Origin: Octopus bimaculoides
Lineage: Eukaryota
Assembly (NCBI RefSeq): GCF_001194135.2
Contig: NC_068982.1
Coordinates: 19,713,842-19,777,841 of the forward strand
Direction: 5' to 3'
Length of the DNA: 64,000 bases
Part shown: piece by piece, positions 26,056-39,355 of the stretch
How positions within the stretch are numbered: the first letter of the stretch is position 1
Layout: each line of letters starts with the position of its first letter
Program-made: the position numbers and the translations under genes
Notes under the pieces: model-generated
Databases searched by the model: none
What the model saw: only the letters and a program-made list of their open reading frames with translations
What the model was told of the DNA's origin: nothing

Positions 26056-27404
26056 CCACACTTTTACTCAACCTCTCAATCACTCCACTTCCACTTTGCA
26101 AACCCACTAAATTATAACGGGCGAACGCACAAGCAAATTATTATATACATGCTATAAAGCCATTAACGAGCTTTAACAATATGAATAAATCAGAAATAAT
26201 ATATTCATCACAGGAAATTTTGGCTATTAAACAAATAGTAATCAAAAGATTGCTTATCCAAAATATTGAAAGTAATACCGAAATGAATTGATTCCTTATG
26301 TAACACTGAGGACCAACTATTTTAATAGGTAAAAGATTGTAAGGTCATGCCTGTTGTTAGAATAGTAATTAAGTTCCACGAATAATTTCAGTAATCTGAT
26401 GCCTCAGTTCAGCTAACATTACTCTTCTTTCTTGTGAGATCCAATATTAGAATTTTTTATTTCCATACTAAAAAGACATATTTGTATTTAAGTGTTCAGA
26501 AGTGACTTTTTAAAAAGCAAAACGTGAAGAGTTAACGAGAATTGTTTTTCCATCAAGATGAAGTACACTAAAGACATTACATGACACTCTACTACACGTT
26601 GCCTAGTAAGTTTTATGCGTTACAAAATGATGTAAAATACACCTTTACATAATATATAGAAGGCTTTTATATTCTTATTTCATTTAAAACGTATCAAACG
26701 ATTTTTGAATGATAAACTATGCGAAGGTTCTCATAATTCCTACCAACAAGAATATTAATAAACGATAAGAGACGGGAATGTAAACGAAATTATGTGACAC
26801 ATTTCGTGTAATCCTTTGTAAATATTTATGCGAATTCCCAACAAGCTTCCAAACAAAATCTATGCGCGTATGCAGTAAAATATCGATAGCTGTCGGATAT
26901 ATAAAATTTGTTTTCCTTTTACATTATAATAATTCTTTAATATATTCCTCAAATTTTATTATAGGGTATTTTTTAAAAATTTCAGATACGTTGGATGACA
27001 TATAGAGAGATTAAACTATAACTGTAATAACAAGAACTCGAGAACAGTTACTGATAGATTTATGATGTTTGAAAGTGAATTATTCCAGTTTGGAAGAAAA
27101 AAAAACAAAGCTATACACTGTCTACATTAAAGAGATACGCGTGTATAATAATACTCATGTTTTAGGAACTTAAATAGGGAAAAAGATGACAGGCATTATG
27201 GTTCATGGCTTCCTATTTCGATGGCAAATGAGGCAACATGGTAAACTTCAAAAGAGGGGGAATAAATATAAATACATTTCCAAACATAAAAAAAATAGCC
27301 TGCAATATATGTAAACAAATTAAAATAATGAAGTGAAATAATGTTATAAATTCATATGTATGTACCTTATTCCATGAAAGATACATTACACACAGTGCCG
27401 ATAT

Positions 27405-27417
27405 ATATATATGTATG

Positions 27418-27488
<71 letters not shown>

Positions 27489-27596
27489 GTGTGTGTGAGT
27501 GTGTGCGTGTGTTTGCTTATAAGTATAACGTGTGCATACATGTATGTATATATCTATCTATTTATCTATCTATATATGTGGATGTATATATGTATG

Positions 27597-27662
<66 letters not shown>
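27405..27662. repeat. Compound (TA)n/(GT)n microsatellite
   Basis: Direct inspection. Confidence 0.95.
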
Positions 27663-28059
27663 TGTATCAAACATAAATTGAAAACAGACCACAAAGGATA
27701 TCGCGGTACACGTGTTTCAAGCTTTATAAACAATCTGTCATTACGTCATTATATTGTTGATATAAAAGATGGTTTAAAGCTATCTTCAGCCGCAAACATT
27801 GCTAGTCCAAAGATTACATAACAGAAAAAATATATATATATTTAAAGGAGTTTGATTCGATTCTGTGCTACTTTAAGTTTCGCAGGCCCCTAACGGGAAT
27901 AAGGGAAGCTCGATTACTTCAGGCTAGTACCACCTACATATGAGATAAAGGCTTTCATAATGGCCATGGAGAGGAATAAGGTTAATTTCCGTATTAATGA
28001 ACCCTTGCATATCCACCCACTTAGCCTGATAATTAATAACTAATCGGAGTTAAGCTGGT

Positions 28060-28560
28060 GGCTTCTATACCTTACCAACCGCCCCTAATATCGCTGCGAC
28101 TAAGACCTGCATCACCATCACTGCGACGATAAGTGTTACTGTTGTTTGCCAGCGCCATGTCTGCCATCGCCTGCTGCGATGAGGTTTGCTGCTGGTTTCA
28201 GCCACCACTTTGTCAACGATTGCTGGAAGGACATATAGTATCAATGCCATAACCGATTACTACCACATCATTTACCATCTTCGCCAGCAACACTGATGTA
28301 GACAACGCCATCACCTACTATTACTATGGCCGTTATCATCACTACTACCACACACTACTACCATTTACTTCCATGGTCAACCACCATTACCACCGCTGTT
28401 GCCAACCTTCAACCAACCTTGCACCACGGCCCCAAATGTGACAGCTACGACAGCAACAACATCATCATTTGAAGAGCTACTGGTGGTAGCACATGTACCA
28501 GAGTAAAACGGGTTCTCTCGCCATCCGGCAATCCAAATGGCAGGATCTATATAGGCACAC
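28060..28560. repeat. Degenerate trinucleotide (CAC/CAT/TAC-type) low-complexity tract
   Basis: Recurring ACCATC/ACTACC/CACCAC units with heavy substitution. Confidence 0.6.
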
Positions 28561-28686
28561 ATTTTTGTAATTCTACACCCCGAAAGATAAGCCTTTTGCG
28601 CCCCTACTATTTAAATGTTCTTCGACTTCCATCTCTGCATTTTTAGAAACTTCCCTCATTTCCTTTTTCATTTATCATTCTAATTC

Positions 28687-28736
<50 letters not shown>

Positions 28737-28895
28737 CTACCTCATTTCTTATATGTAATGATATATATTCCTTTATATGTTTTACTGTTATAATTATGTT
28801 ATACCAACTCTCAGATATAGTGCTATTCATGCCACTAGAGTTCAACATCCTTGTCATATGCAACTTTGTACTTTGCATATATCACTATAAGAAAC

Positions 28896-28928
<33 letters not shown>

Positions 28929-28953
28929 CAGACAGACAGAGAGAGACAGAGAG

Positions 28954-28990
<37 letters not shown>

Positions 28991-29490
28991 AAAGTTGAGA
29001 ATCAGAAGTATAGGGAGAAATGTTAGGAAATATAGGGCTGAAGTTGAATGTGATATAGTTTCATAACGTTGTGTATTATGATGGAGACGTTAAGCTTCCC
29101 TAATTTTCAGTAATTGCCTGGAAGTGCGTTGGCGCATTTATGTGTGTTCATTGATATGATTTCTCATGAAACATTTATATCGATATCCCTCATGAAACAT
29201 ATCCTGGCTTTTTTTTTTGGCTTTTTTCTTATCTTTTATATTTTCTTTTTGTTTTTGCCCTGCTAGCCTTCAAGTGTGTGCTCTGTATTAATTCTCCTCA
29301 CACATGCACACGTGCGTGCACATGTGCACATATATACAATTGAATGTATGTTTATATGTATGCATGGATGCACACTTGTTAAACAAGCTATTCAGGCAAG
29401 CCAGCGTGTCAAAGTGAACTGAATATTATTAATAAATTTTACTCTAGTGAATGTATAGAGTAACACATTAAATATATATATATATATATA

Positions 29491-31122
29491 CTAGCAGAGC
29501 AACACGGCGTTGCTCGGGAATGAAATTGTTGCTTATATACTAGAAGGAAAAAAGCAAAATATGCTGTATAGAAATCTGAGGACATTCTGTAGATGGACTC
29601 TCAGATGAATGATGACTGGGCACCTCTCATGAATTGGAAAATTGAAGATTCGCCAAAAAGTACTTGGTACTTGGAAACTTTTAGAAAATTAAAATGTGGC
29701 TTAAATGAAAAAAATGATTTACGTGAATATCCTCACAAGAGTAATTGAAATAAATTGCTATTGTGGAACCCCTCACGCACGCACGAAAGCACACGCGCAC
29801 GCGCACGCGCACACACACAGAGTATCACACATCAGATGAAATGGAAGTGTGTGTGTGTGTGTGTGTGTGTGACAGAGAGAGAGAGAGTGAGAGAGAGAGA
29901 GGTTTGGTGTCAGGTATACGTACATGCATAAATATGCATACATCTTTGTGTGTGTGTGTGTGTACGTGTGTATGAGAGAGAGAGAGAGTAAATCTATACT
30001 ATATATAAAACAGAGATGTGTGTGTAATCGACTTCACCAAATGCTTCCATACTTGTGATGCGTGAATAATTTGACCTCGGATAAATGTTAGGCTCTTCAT
30101 TTGATTTTTTTTATCTCTAATTAAAAATAAATAATATTGCTTTATATTTAAGATTCACTTCTTTAAAAAGGTTCCTCAATGTCAACTTCCGGTATTGACG
30201 TAACAACGGCAAAAAGCTTCATTCTCTATTTTGTGTGTGAGTGTGTGTGAGTGTGTATGAGAGAGAGAGCGAGTAAATACTACATACACACCGCTCTCCC
30301 ACTCTGTCTCACACACATACACACGCACACACACACCCCTTGACTCACTCACACTCTGTCTCTTACAAACACACACATACATAAATGTATACAAACATAT
30401 TTACAAAGACACACGTGTGTATGCGCGCGCGTGTGTGTTTGTAAGAAACATAGTGCGAGTGAGTCAAGAGCTGTGTTGTCATATGCATACATCCAAAGAT
30501 GTATGTATATTTATGCATGTACGTATACATGACAACAAACCTCTCTCTCTCACTCACACTCTGTCTCTTACAAACACGCACATACATAAATGTATACAAA
30601 CATTTTTACATAGACTCACGTGTGTATGCGCGCACGCGTGCGTGGGGGGTTCCACGATCGCCATTTATTTCAATTACTCTTGTGAGGATATTCACGTAAA
30701 TCATTTTTTTCATTTAATCCTCATTTTAATTTCGTAAAAGTTTCCAAGTACCAATGAGGCTTTTTGGCACATCTTCAACTTTCCCCATTCATGAGAGGCG
30801 CCCAGCTATCATTCATCTGAGAGTCCATCTACAGAATGTCCTCTCAAATTTCTATACAGTATATGTTGCCTTTTTTTTCTTCAAGTATATAAGCAACAAT
30901 TTCATTCCCGAGCAACGCCGGGTGCCTCTGTTAGTACTACATACACACCACTCTCTCACTCTGTCTCACACACATACACACGCACACATACATCCAAAAC
31001 TGATGGATGCATATGACAACACACTCCTTGACTCACTCACACTCTGTCTCTTACAAACACACACATACATAAATATATACAAACATATTTACAAAGACAC
31101 ACGTGTGTATGCGCGTGTGTGC

Positions 31123-31181
<59 letters not shown>

Positions 31182-31324
31182 GACAGAGACAGAGACAGAG
31201 AGAGACAGAGCCAGTGAAGGGGTGTGTCGACAATTATACGTACATACATAAATAGTCATACATTTCTTGTACGTATGTGTGAGAGAGAGAGAGAGAGTCA
31301 CTGAAACATCTCTCTGTCTCTCTG

Positions 31325-31359
<35 letters not shown>

Positions 31360-31914
31360 TGCAGGTATACACACAGAAAAGATGTATGCATTTGTATTTA
31401 TGTATGTACGTAGACATCACAACACACCCCTTCACTCACACACATACAGAAACACACAATTACGGAAATTAACGAAGTGTGCGAGTTCAGAACGAAGTCA
31501 AACCTGGAGTGTGTGAATGAGAGAGAGAGAGTGAGAATATATGAGATGAACATGGAACGCCCCAAAATCGTATAAATAAAAGCATGTTAAAAACTATCTT
31601 GTACGGAATATTGACATTTATGAACTTCGTAAATATGTGCTCCAGTAATTGATCGTAGTAGAGAGTGAGAGACGCCGCCGTTTTTTCACGTCCGTACCGG
31701 AAGTTGACAGTGAGAAACCTTTTTAAAGAAGTGAATCTTAAATATAAAGCAATATTATTTATTTTTAATTAGAGATAAAAAAAAATCAAATGAAGAGCCT
31801 AACATTTATCCGAGATCAAATTATTTATGTATCACAAGTTTGGAAGTAAATAGTGAAGCCGTTTTCACGTGAAAAGCGATTACACACACACCTCTGTTTT
31901 ATATATAGTATAGA
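29491..31914 (-). mobile_element. Non-autonomous Helitron (host copy), interrupted by a sibling copy
   Basis: 5' end TCTATACTATATATAAAACAGAG (reverse complement ending 31914); 3' end CCCGAGCAACGCCGTG hairpin-like then CTAG (29491-29494); inserted at A|T within (TA)n. Confidence 0.8.
29993..30934 (+). mobile_element. Non-autonomous Helitron (nested copy, opposite orientation)
   Basis: Starts A|TCTATACTATATATAAAACAGAG; ends CCCG-AGCAACGC-CGGG hairpin (30907-30922) then TTAG|T. Its termini are inverted copies of 31660-31914 and 29491-29780. Confidence 0.85.
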
Positions 31915-32248
31915 TATATATTATTACTTTTATCAAGGTGAGCAATAAAACCAAATAATATACATATTTATATACATACAAATGCTCACCATTGTATATA
32001 ATACCGCTAGTGCATGCATTTTTTGGACAGGTATCGACACTTCAATAACAATTATTTAAAATTTTCAGAGCCGGTTCCACTCCCAGAATAGCGTGTGCAT
32101 GTACAACCGATGGACCTATCCCTATTCTCATAACCCATATTCGTATATAGAACTTTCTAATTACTTCCTTATAGTTATTTCACAAACATTAGGAACAGTC
32201 TAATCACATTCAAGCACGTTATCAGAATATTTACAAACATATATATAT

Positions 32249-32574
32249 GCGCTGGAGCGGCTGTGTAGTAAGTAGCTTACTTACCAACCACATAGTTCCA
32301 GGTTCAGTCCCACTGCGTGGTACCTTAGATAAGTGTCTTCTACTATAGCCTCGGGCCCCAAAGCCTTGTGAGTGGATTTGGTAGACGGAAATTGAAAGAA
32401 GCCCGTCNNNNNNNNNNTGTGTTTACGTCCCCGTAACTTAGCGGTTCGTCAAAAGGGACTGATAGAATAAGTACTAGGATTACGAAGAATGAGTCCTGGG
32501 GTCGATTTGCTCGATTAAAGGCTGTGCTCCAGCATGGCCGCAGTCAAGTGACTGAAACAAGTAAAAGAGTAAAA
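32249..32574 (+). mobile_element. tRNA-derived SINE family A (CORE-like body, internal microsatellite in gap)
   Basis: GGCTGTGTAGTAAG A-box, GGTTCAGTCC B-box, AAGTGTCTTCTACTATAGCC body, gap 32408-32417, tail GCATGGCCGCAGTC..GACTGAAACAAGTAAAAGAG. Confidence 0.9.
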
Positions 32575-33012
32575 TATATCTAACTCATTTGGTGTGTCAA
32601 GTAAATCAGTCGCATATTTGCTATCTGCACAATACGTAAATATTAGGAAGCTGTAATTAAAATCCTGAACTTTCAAAGTGTTGCTTCACTTTCTTAAGTA
32701 TCTCCTGCCTGACGTAATTTGAAACAATTGTTGTTGCGACACCATTTGACCTTTTTGGAAAACAGAAAAGATAGTTTGGAGAAGGTAGCAGGAGAATAAG
32801 TAAAATGCAGCGATCAAGCAGAGGTGTCAACTGGAAATATACGGAAGAAAGGAGTGATTCATTATTGTCAGCTAAAACAGTTGCGCTGAAACTTTAAAAG
32901 ATATTACTGTGGGTGATTGAGTCCGTTCGTGTACCAGTGTGTATGTATGCGTGTATAACCGGAGAGTTGGGACTTCCATTGAATAAATATCATGATTTAC
33001 AAAAATGTTTTC

Positions 33013-33070
33013 AAGATGGTACTCCAGCATTGCCACAGTCTAATGACTTAAAAAATGTAAATCATAAAAG
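33013..33070 (+). mobile_element. 3' fragment of SINE family A
   Basis: GGTACTCCAGCATTGCCACAGTCTAATGACT matches the family A tail. Confidence 0.5.
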
Positions 33071-33258
33071 GTAATATAAAATGAGAATATACCTAAAATA
33101 TACTGTGGCATTCATTTGCTCATTTTCTGGAATTAATGCTCAAAGATACCCTTAGAGTAGCAACTGAGTTAATCCTAGTGTTTTAGTATTTGTTGTAGAC
33201 TCAGTTTATTGTTAATTCTACTGGCTTGGAGTGGGTTTACTTCCATCTTTGTTTTCAC

Positions 33259-33440
33259 TCGTCGTCATCATCATTTAACGTCCAATGTCCTTCCTGGTAT
33301 GGGTTGGACGATTTGACCAGTGCTGGCTGGGGAGCTACCCTAGACTCTATTCTGATTTGGCATGGTTCTTATGGTTGCATGCCCTTCCTAATGCCAACCC
33401 CTTTACAGAGTGTGCTCGGTGCTTTTATGTGGCACTGCAC
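33259..33440 (-). mobile_element. Family E tail fragment (second copy)
   Basis: CATCATCATTTAACGTCC...GGTATGGGTTGGACG...GCCCTTCCTAATGCCAACC; homologous to 1269-1484. Confidence 0.65.
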
Positions 33441-33559
33441 TACAGGACATGAGTCACAAAAAATGGCACACGTATTGTGCAGCTCAAACAGCGTTTAACT
33501 TCATTACAAGGCCGAAACTCATAACTGGTGGGTGGAATTAATCGTAGATCGTTAATAAG

Positions 33560-33920
33560 GCAAAATGTATCAAATCCGAATCAGTAAAATGACAACAACG
33601 AGTGTCCTAAGGGGGTTGGAGTGTATAGAATGGGTGGGGAAGGAGTCGGTGGCTTGGGTGTTGACTGAATATTGGTAGTAGTGGAGGTTTGATAAAGCCA
33701 ATGATAGAGCTAAAGGTGCAGACAGAGTGTGCATCGTGGGTAAGGGGCGAGTAAGAACAGTGGGAGGAGAAGTGCAGGAATAATGAGAAGGGATGAGCAG
33801 GGGAGAAGCAGAAGAATTCAAAACGATGATGGAGGTTTGTGCTTGCTATGTGAATATTGTGACTTAATTGAATGGATACTTTGAGTGACTTCATTGGAGG
33901 TGCGGAAATTAACATTCTTT
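33560..33920 (-). mobile_element. Probable CR1/L2-type LINE 3' end remnant
   Basis: Minus-strand translation SSASPLLIP...LHYYQYS...SFPTHSIH resembles the C-terminus of CR1/L2-clade ORF2; degenerate. Confidence 0.4.
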
Positions 33921-34013
33921 TACAAAAGTAGTTTTGTTTAGCCTAATTCAAAGGCTAAGCAAAGCTGAAAATTGGCCTTCACTGTCAGCACTATTCTTTC
34001 TTTTTAAAGAATA

Positions 34014-34068
<55 letters not shown>

Positions 34069-35108
34069 NNNNNNNNNNNNNNNNNNNNNNNNNNNNNNNN
34101 NNNNNNNNNNNNNNNNNNNNNNNNNNNNNNNNNNNNNNNNNNNNNNNNNNNNNNNNNNNNNNNNNNNNNNNNNNNNNNNNNNNNNNNNNNNNNNNNNNNN
34201 NNNNNNNNNNNNNNNNNNNNNNNNNNNNNNNNNNNNNNNNNNNNNNNNNNNNNNNNNNNNNNNNNNNNNNNNNNNNNNNNNNNNNNNNNNNNNNNNNNNN
34301 NNNNNNNNNNNNNNNNNNNNNNNNNNNNNNNNNNNNNNNNNNNNNNNNNNNNNNNNNNNNNNNNNNNNNNNNNNNNNNNNNNNNNNNNNNNNNNNNNNNN
34401 NNNNNNNNGATCTGTTAAGTATGTGTAACCTCGGGAAAGCAAAGGGAAACACAGTTCTCACTTTGGTTTTCCGAGGTTACGGAAATCTCGGTATTCTGCT
34501 CTGTATACTCACTGCAAGGAATCATTCTTCTCCATGATCATTATTTCTTTGTATTACCACGGCCGGTCATTCAACCTTTTAGAAATATATTCGTTCAATG
34601 ACAACTTAGTAACTTAGAAAATAAGGAAGCTCGTTCACTATTTAGTCCCAGCTACTCTACTGATAGTAAGACACAATGAAGGTTTTATGAATGGGTTAGT
34701 TCAATCATTATAATGTTAGATACGGAATATTCTGGAGTTGTCTGAGAACAACAACGCCTTTAACAACCATATCATATGTACGTCATATCATTAAATGTAT
34801 TTCGATGCATAAAAACATAAAACAGTTTAGCTGGAATCTGTATAACATTATACAGGTATAGCTAACATAGTTCAGAGTAAGGTCGTGTTAAGTATTTCGC
34901 TTAACCCTATTTCTGACAAAGGTGTGGTGTCAATATGATTCCTCCTATATTTCATTATTATTACTATTATTATTGTTGTTGTTCAGTAGTTTTATTTTTA
35001 TAACGTGCNNNNNNNNNNNNNNNNNNNNNNNNNNNNNNNNNNNNNNNNNNNNNNNNNNNNNNNNNNNNNNNNNNNNNNNNNNNNNNNNNNNNNNNNNNNN
35101 NNNNNNNN

Positions 35109-35151
<43 letters not shown>

Positions 35152-35272
35152 TCAAAACGGCAAAATTTGTGATCGTGAGGATTCGTGACTTTCAGTTTTA
35201 ATACATTTGGCACAGTTTTGAAGCTTTTATTCACGCATTATGTTTATTCACGCATTCTATAAATTTTATAGG

Positions 35273-35748
35273 TACCGTAATCCTCGAGTATAGTCCAACC
35301 TTGAGTATAATACGCAGGGGATTTTTAGGAGGCTGTACCTCAGAAAAACCTAAACCTTGTGTATAATATGCGCCCCTTCTCTAACTTCAGTCAAGGAGGT
35401 ATATATAACGTACTTGGTCTGTAAGCATATATACGGTGACGTTCTTTAATATTATTGTATATATAACATAATGCAAACGTGTAGCTTTTTTCTGCACTTT
35501 GCAGAAAATAAAGAATTAACAGTGAAAAATAAATATTAAGTAAATTACCTTTACATATTTATCACTATCAGTTACAAGCCCGACATCACAAAATGCGTCT
35601 GAATAAACAGTGACGGACAGCAAATAGAGACTCGGACATTGCTTAGAAAATATTTTTCATTTTTAACCTCGTATATAGTACGCACTAGGGATTTTGACCT
35701 TTAAATTTTGGGGAAAAAAATGCGGATAATACTCGAGGATTTATGGTA
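35273..35748. mobile_element. Tc1/mariner (pogo-like) MITE with TA target duplication
   Basis: TA|CCGTAATCCTCGAGTATAGTCC ... GCGGATAATACTCGAGGATTTATGG|TA (~25-bp imperfect TIRs); no coding capacity. Confidence 0.85.
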
Positions 35749-35904
35749 TATCGTCACATCCCAACCCCAACATATTTTACCTTTTAATATGCATCCATGT
35801 ATACGTTTTTTGCTACTTTATGCACGATTTACTCGTGTATTTTTAGATTCTACGGTATTTTTTGGTTATCACACCCCCATTAGAAATTGCCATTAAAATA
35901 TTGG

Positions 35905-36176
35905 GTTACCTCCCCACTAAAAAATTGAGTTTAGGTGGCAACAAGAGATTGGAAAAAAAAAAAGACTTAGATTCTTTTGATTCAATATTTCAACAAACTG
36001 TTGACGTTTGGCCTCCTCTATAGACTTCGTATGATTTGTTATAAAAACGTTATCAGATTCAGTAAGATGTTTAATTTTTTCAGCTTTCATGTTTATTAAT
36101 ATTTTCAGTTTTGCATGATTTCTTATAAAAATATTATCATAGGCGCAGGAGTAGCTGTGTGGTAAGTAGCCGGTCG

Positions 36177-36235
<59 letters not shown>

Positions 36236-36672
36236 ATATACATATANNNNNNNNNNNNNNNNNNNNNNNNNNNNNNNNNNNNNNNNNNNNNNNNNNNNNN
36301 NNNNNNNNNNNNNNNNNNNNNNNNNNNNNNNNNNNNNNNNNNNNNNNNNNNNNNNTATATATATATATATATATATGTATGAGTGTGTGTGTGTATGCTT
36401 GTGTGTCTGTGTTTGTCCCCCAACATCGCTTGACAACCGATGGTGGTGTGTTTACGTTCCCATAACTTAGCGGTTCAACAAAAGATTCCTGGTGTCGATT
36501 TGCCCGACTAAAGGTGGTGCTCCAGCATAGCCGCAGTCAAATGACTGAAAAAATAAAAGAGAGAGTCAAAACGATGCTTCATCTTTTCACTCTTTCTATT
36601 TATTAATTTTTTCATTTTCTTTTTGTTTTATTGAGGGTTAAACAATTTTTTTTTAGTGGCAGGAGATAAACA
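35905..36672. mobile_element. Possible TIR element interrupted by a SINE A copy
   Basis: GGTTACCTCCCCACTAAAAAATTG versus CAATTTTTTTTTAGTGGCAGGAGATAA form an imperfect inverted pair. Confidence 0.3.
36142..36562 (+). mobile_element. SINE family A with internal deletion and internal microsatellite/gap
   Basis: GGCGCAGGAGTAGCTGTGTGGTAAGTAGC joined directly to CGGTCGTATA; 3' half GACAACCGATGGTGGTGTGTTTACG...GCCGCAGTCAAATGACTG. Confidence 0.85.
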
Positions 36673-37044
36673 AATGTATTGATATTTCTCGTTAAACGCG
36701 AAGGAGATAACCCAGGTTTTTAATGGGGGTGAGATAACCAAGAGGTACCGGTTTTATATAACCACTTAATACATTTTTCTTCTGCCATGCAAAATTCCTG
36801 GCCTAATTACAGAACTCACATAGAAACGGTAGCAAATTCCCAGAAAACATTTGATAATTTCTGAAGATAACCTAGAAATGCTGACGTCAGTGGAACATAT
36901 ACCGTCACAACAGTGAACTCAATACACAAACTAAAGGTACTTGAATTAGCCTAACACCATGTGAAATTTCAAGCTTACACCAAATTGCAATCCAAAGTAT
37001 GCAGGAAGCGAAATCAACATGATTACCCGCCTATGGGAAATAGA

Positions 37045-37220
37045 GTGTAGCAGTAAGTAGCCTATGAGGATTAGGGTTAACAGGTTCGTGATTATGTGTT
37101 CAATGACACTCTACTACGCAAAACACAACTGTCATCAATTATATCTTCGGTGGTGACCAGTGCCTTCTGAGGAGAATTTGGTAAGCAGAAATTGTGTAGG
37201 AAGCTTTCGTGTGTGTGTGT
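37045..37220 (+). mobile_element. Old degenerate SINE A 5' half
   Basis: GACCAGTGCCTTCTGAGGAGAATTTGGTAAGCAGAAATTG followed by (GT)n. Confidence 0.4.
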
Positions 37221-37559
37221 GCATTTTCTGAGAAGTGAATTATGTGATAATTATTCTGCTCTGTGACCATAGACAAACACACCGATGAATTACGTTATAA
37301 GAAATAGAGTGAGCTAATGTTAATACTGGCCCGTTGAAGGATGTATATTCAACAATGATATTTATATCACATTCGTATGTGGTATGCATTAACTGAATAA
37401 ATAATTATCTCTGCTTTATCTTCTGCATGTCTCTTTAACAACGGCTATTCAAACAATACTTGGGATTAATCCTCGGATAATACACAAACAGGTATGTATT
37501 GCTAAATATCTAATTGCTTATGCGATTATCAGCGTCGATGAGAGCCTCAGAGATTGAGT

Positions 37560-37561
<2 letters not shown>

Positions 37562-37606
<45 letters not shown>

Positions 37607-37730
37607 AGGAGAAGAAGAAGAAGAAGAAGAAGAAGAAGAAGAAGAAGAAGAAGAAGAAGAAGAAGAAGAAGAAGAAGAAGAAGAAGAAGAAGAAGAAGAA
37701 GAAGAAGAAGAAGAAGAAGAAGAAGAAGAA
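37562..37730. repeat. (GA)n-(GAA)n polypurine microsatellite
   Basis: Direct inspection. Confidence 0.95.
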
Positions 37731-37833
37731 ATTGGAGATATACAGTTATATGTAAAGACAAACAAAAAATATACAAGCACATATAAACACGCATAAGTAT
37801 ATCCAAAGATATACATCCGCTACACACATATAT

Positions 37834-37892
<59 letters not shown>

Positions 37893-37902
37893 NNNNNNNN
37901 NN

Positions 37903-37945
<43 letters not shown>

Positions 37946-38027
37946 TACACACACATACATATATACATATAGTTGTATGGAAAGAGAGAGAGAGGAAGAG
38001 AGAGAGAAAGCGATAGCTACAATTGCT

Positions 38028-38229
38028 ACAGGGCATCATTTGTTCTGGGGGCGGGTGGTAGTTCAGTCGATTATATTGTCCCAGTACTTGACTGTACTTT
38101 ATTTTATTGGCCCCGAAACAATGAAAGGCTAATTCGGCCTCAGCCGAGCTTGAATTCATAATGTAAAGCCAGAAAATTGCTACAAATATTTTTTCAGGCA
38201 CGATAACTATTATGCCAGCTCACCACCTT
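38028..38229 (-). mobile_element. SINE family B (degenerate)
   Basis: GTCGATTATATTGTCCCAGTAC...GGCCCCGAAACAATGAAAGGC...GCCAGCTCACCACC. Confidence 0.7.
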
Positions 38230-38270
38230 AAAATAGACATGCATTTCAAGCTTCGACATCGGCTGTGTGT

Positions 38271-38330
38271 GTATACGTGTCAATAAATGTGTATACGTGT
38301 CAATAAATATGTATACGTGTCAATAAATGT
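38271..38330. repeat. Minisatellite, 3 x 20 bp (GTATACGTGTCAATAAATGT)
   Basis: Three tandem units, one mismatch. Confidence 0.95.
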
Positions 38331-39301
38331 GTTGATCTTATATGTATGTGCGATGTATGCAATCTTCTTTTGCCATCTAATTATAGCATTTGCTAATATT
38401 GATATATTCCGTGATAGATATCTATAATTTTACAAGCTATCTACGATTGCAGTTCATGATGCTGATAATCTTATTCATTTATTCTTGCATTTATATATCA
38501 AGTCACTGAATCATTTACGTATGCAATAAATGAGTGTGCATTGAAAATACGCATCTTATATTCAATGATTCTATCAAATAACATATGTAGCGGTGTGGAC
38601 ATTCATTATTATTTTGAAACCAACATTTAATTATCATTCTCCATATATTCTCAAACATTTGCAACCATCTAACACTTTCAGAAACAAAATAAAATTGTTT
38701 GTATATTCATTCGAATTTTCACAAAGGTGACTCTTTCGAAGTGAAAACAGGAAATCTCAAAGGTGCATTGTTACATTCCATAGCACAATGGAAATTATTA
38801 CTATCACGCGATAAATTATATCTACAGTAGGCAGTTACCTTATGTAAATAACAGCAATCATCAGTATATAACTTTAAGGATGATTGATTATACAGTAACA
38901 GAAGTATGGGAATTATTCATAATATTTAAAATCTCTTGCGTCTATTCAGGATTTCTCTAAATTTTATCATACACATTGATTTCCTTACTTCATAATGTCC
39001 TTGGTATAGTTTTGCATATTAAAACGGAAAGCGTATGAAAACATGCCAAAACCTAATCTCCATCAGCATCTGTTTCTCTTCTGATATTAGAAATTCCGTA
39101 TCTGAGCGGAAACTCTCATTGGAAATAAAATATCACAGATATTTTAATGTCTCCTCATATCTTCTAAACATGCATGGCAATCACTCTACATGTTATAGGA
39201 AAAGGAAAAACAAGAAAAGAAAAATGAAGAAAAAAGGAGGGGAACAAGCAGCAGATGACGGAAGTGTGGAGAGTGGTAAACCTCAAATCCCAGAACAAGT
39301 C

Positions 39302-39355
39302 GGGTGCTCAGCCGCACCCTGCGATAGCGTCGCTGCTTGCCAGCGACACTCGCTA
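39302..39355. other. GC-rich twin-hairpin element (candidate structured or regulatory sequence)
   Basis: GGGTGC-TCAGCC-GCACCC and GTCGCTG-CTTGC-CAGCGAC perfect stems; TAGC/GCTA extension. Confidence 0.4.

Noticed and set aside
38271-38330. Regularly spaced 20-bp repeats, superficially CRISPR-like
   Set aside because: Directly tandem with no unique spacers, eukaryotic context, no cas genes
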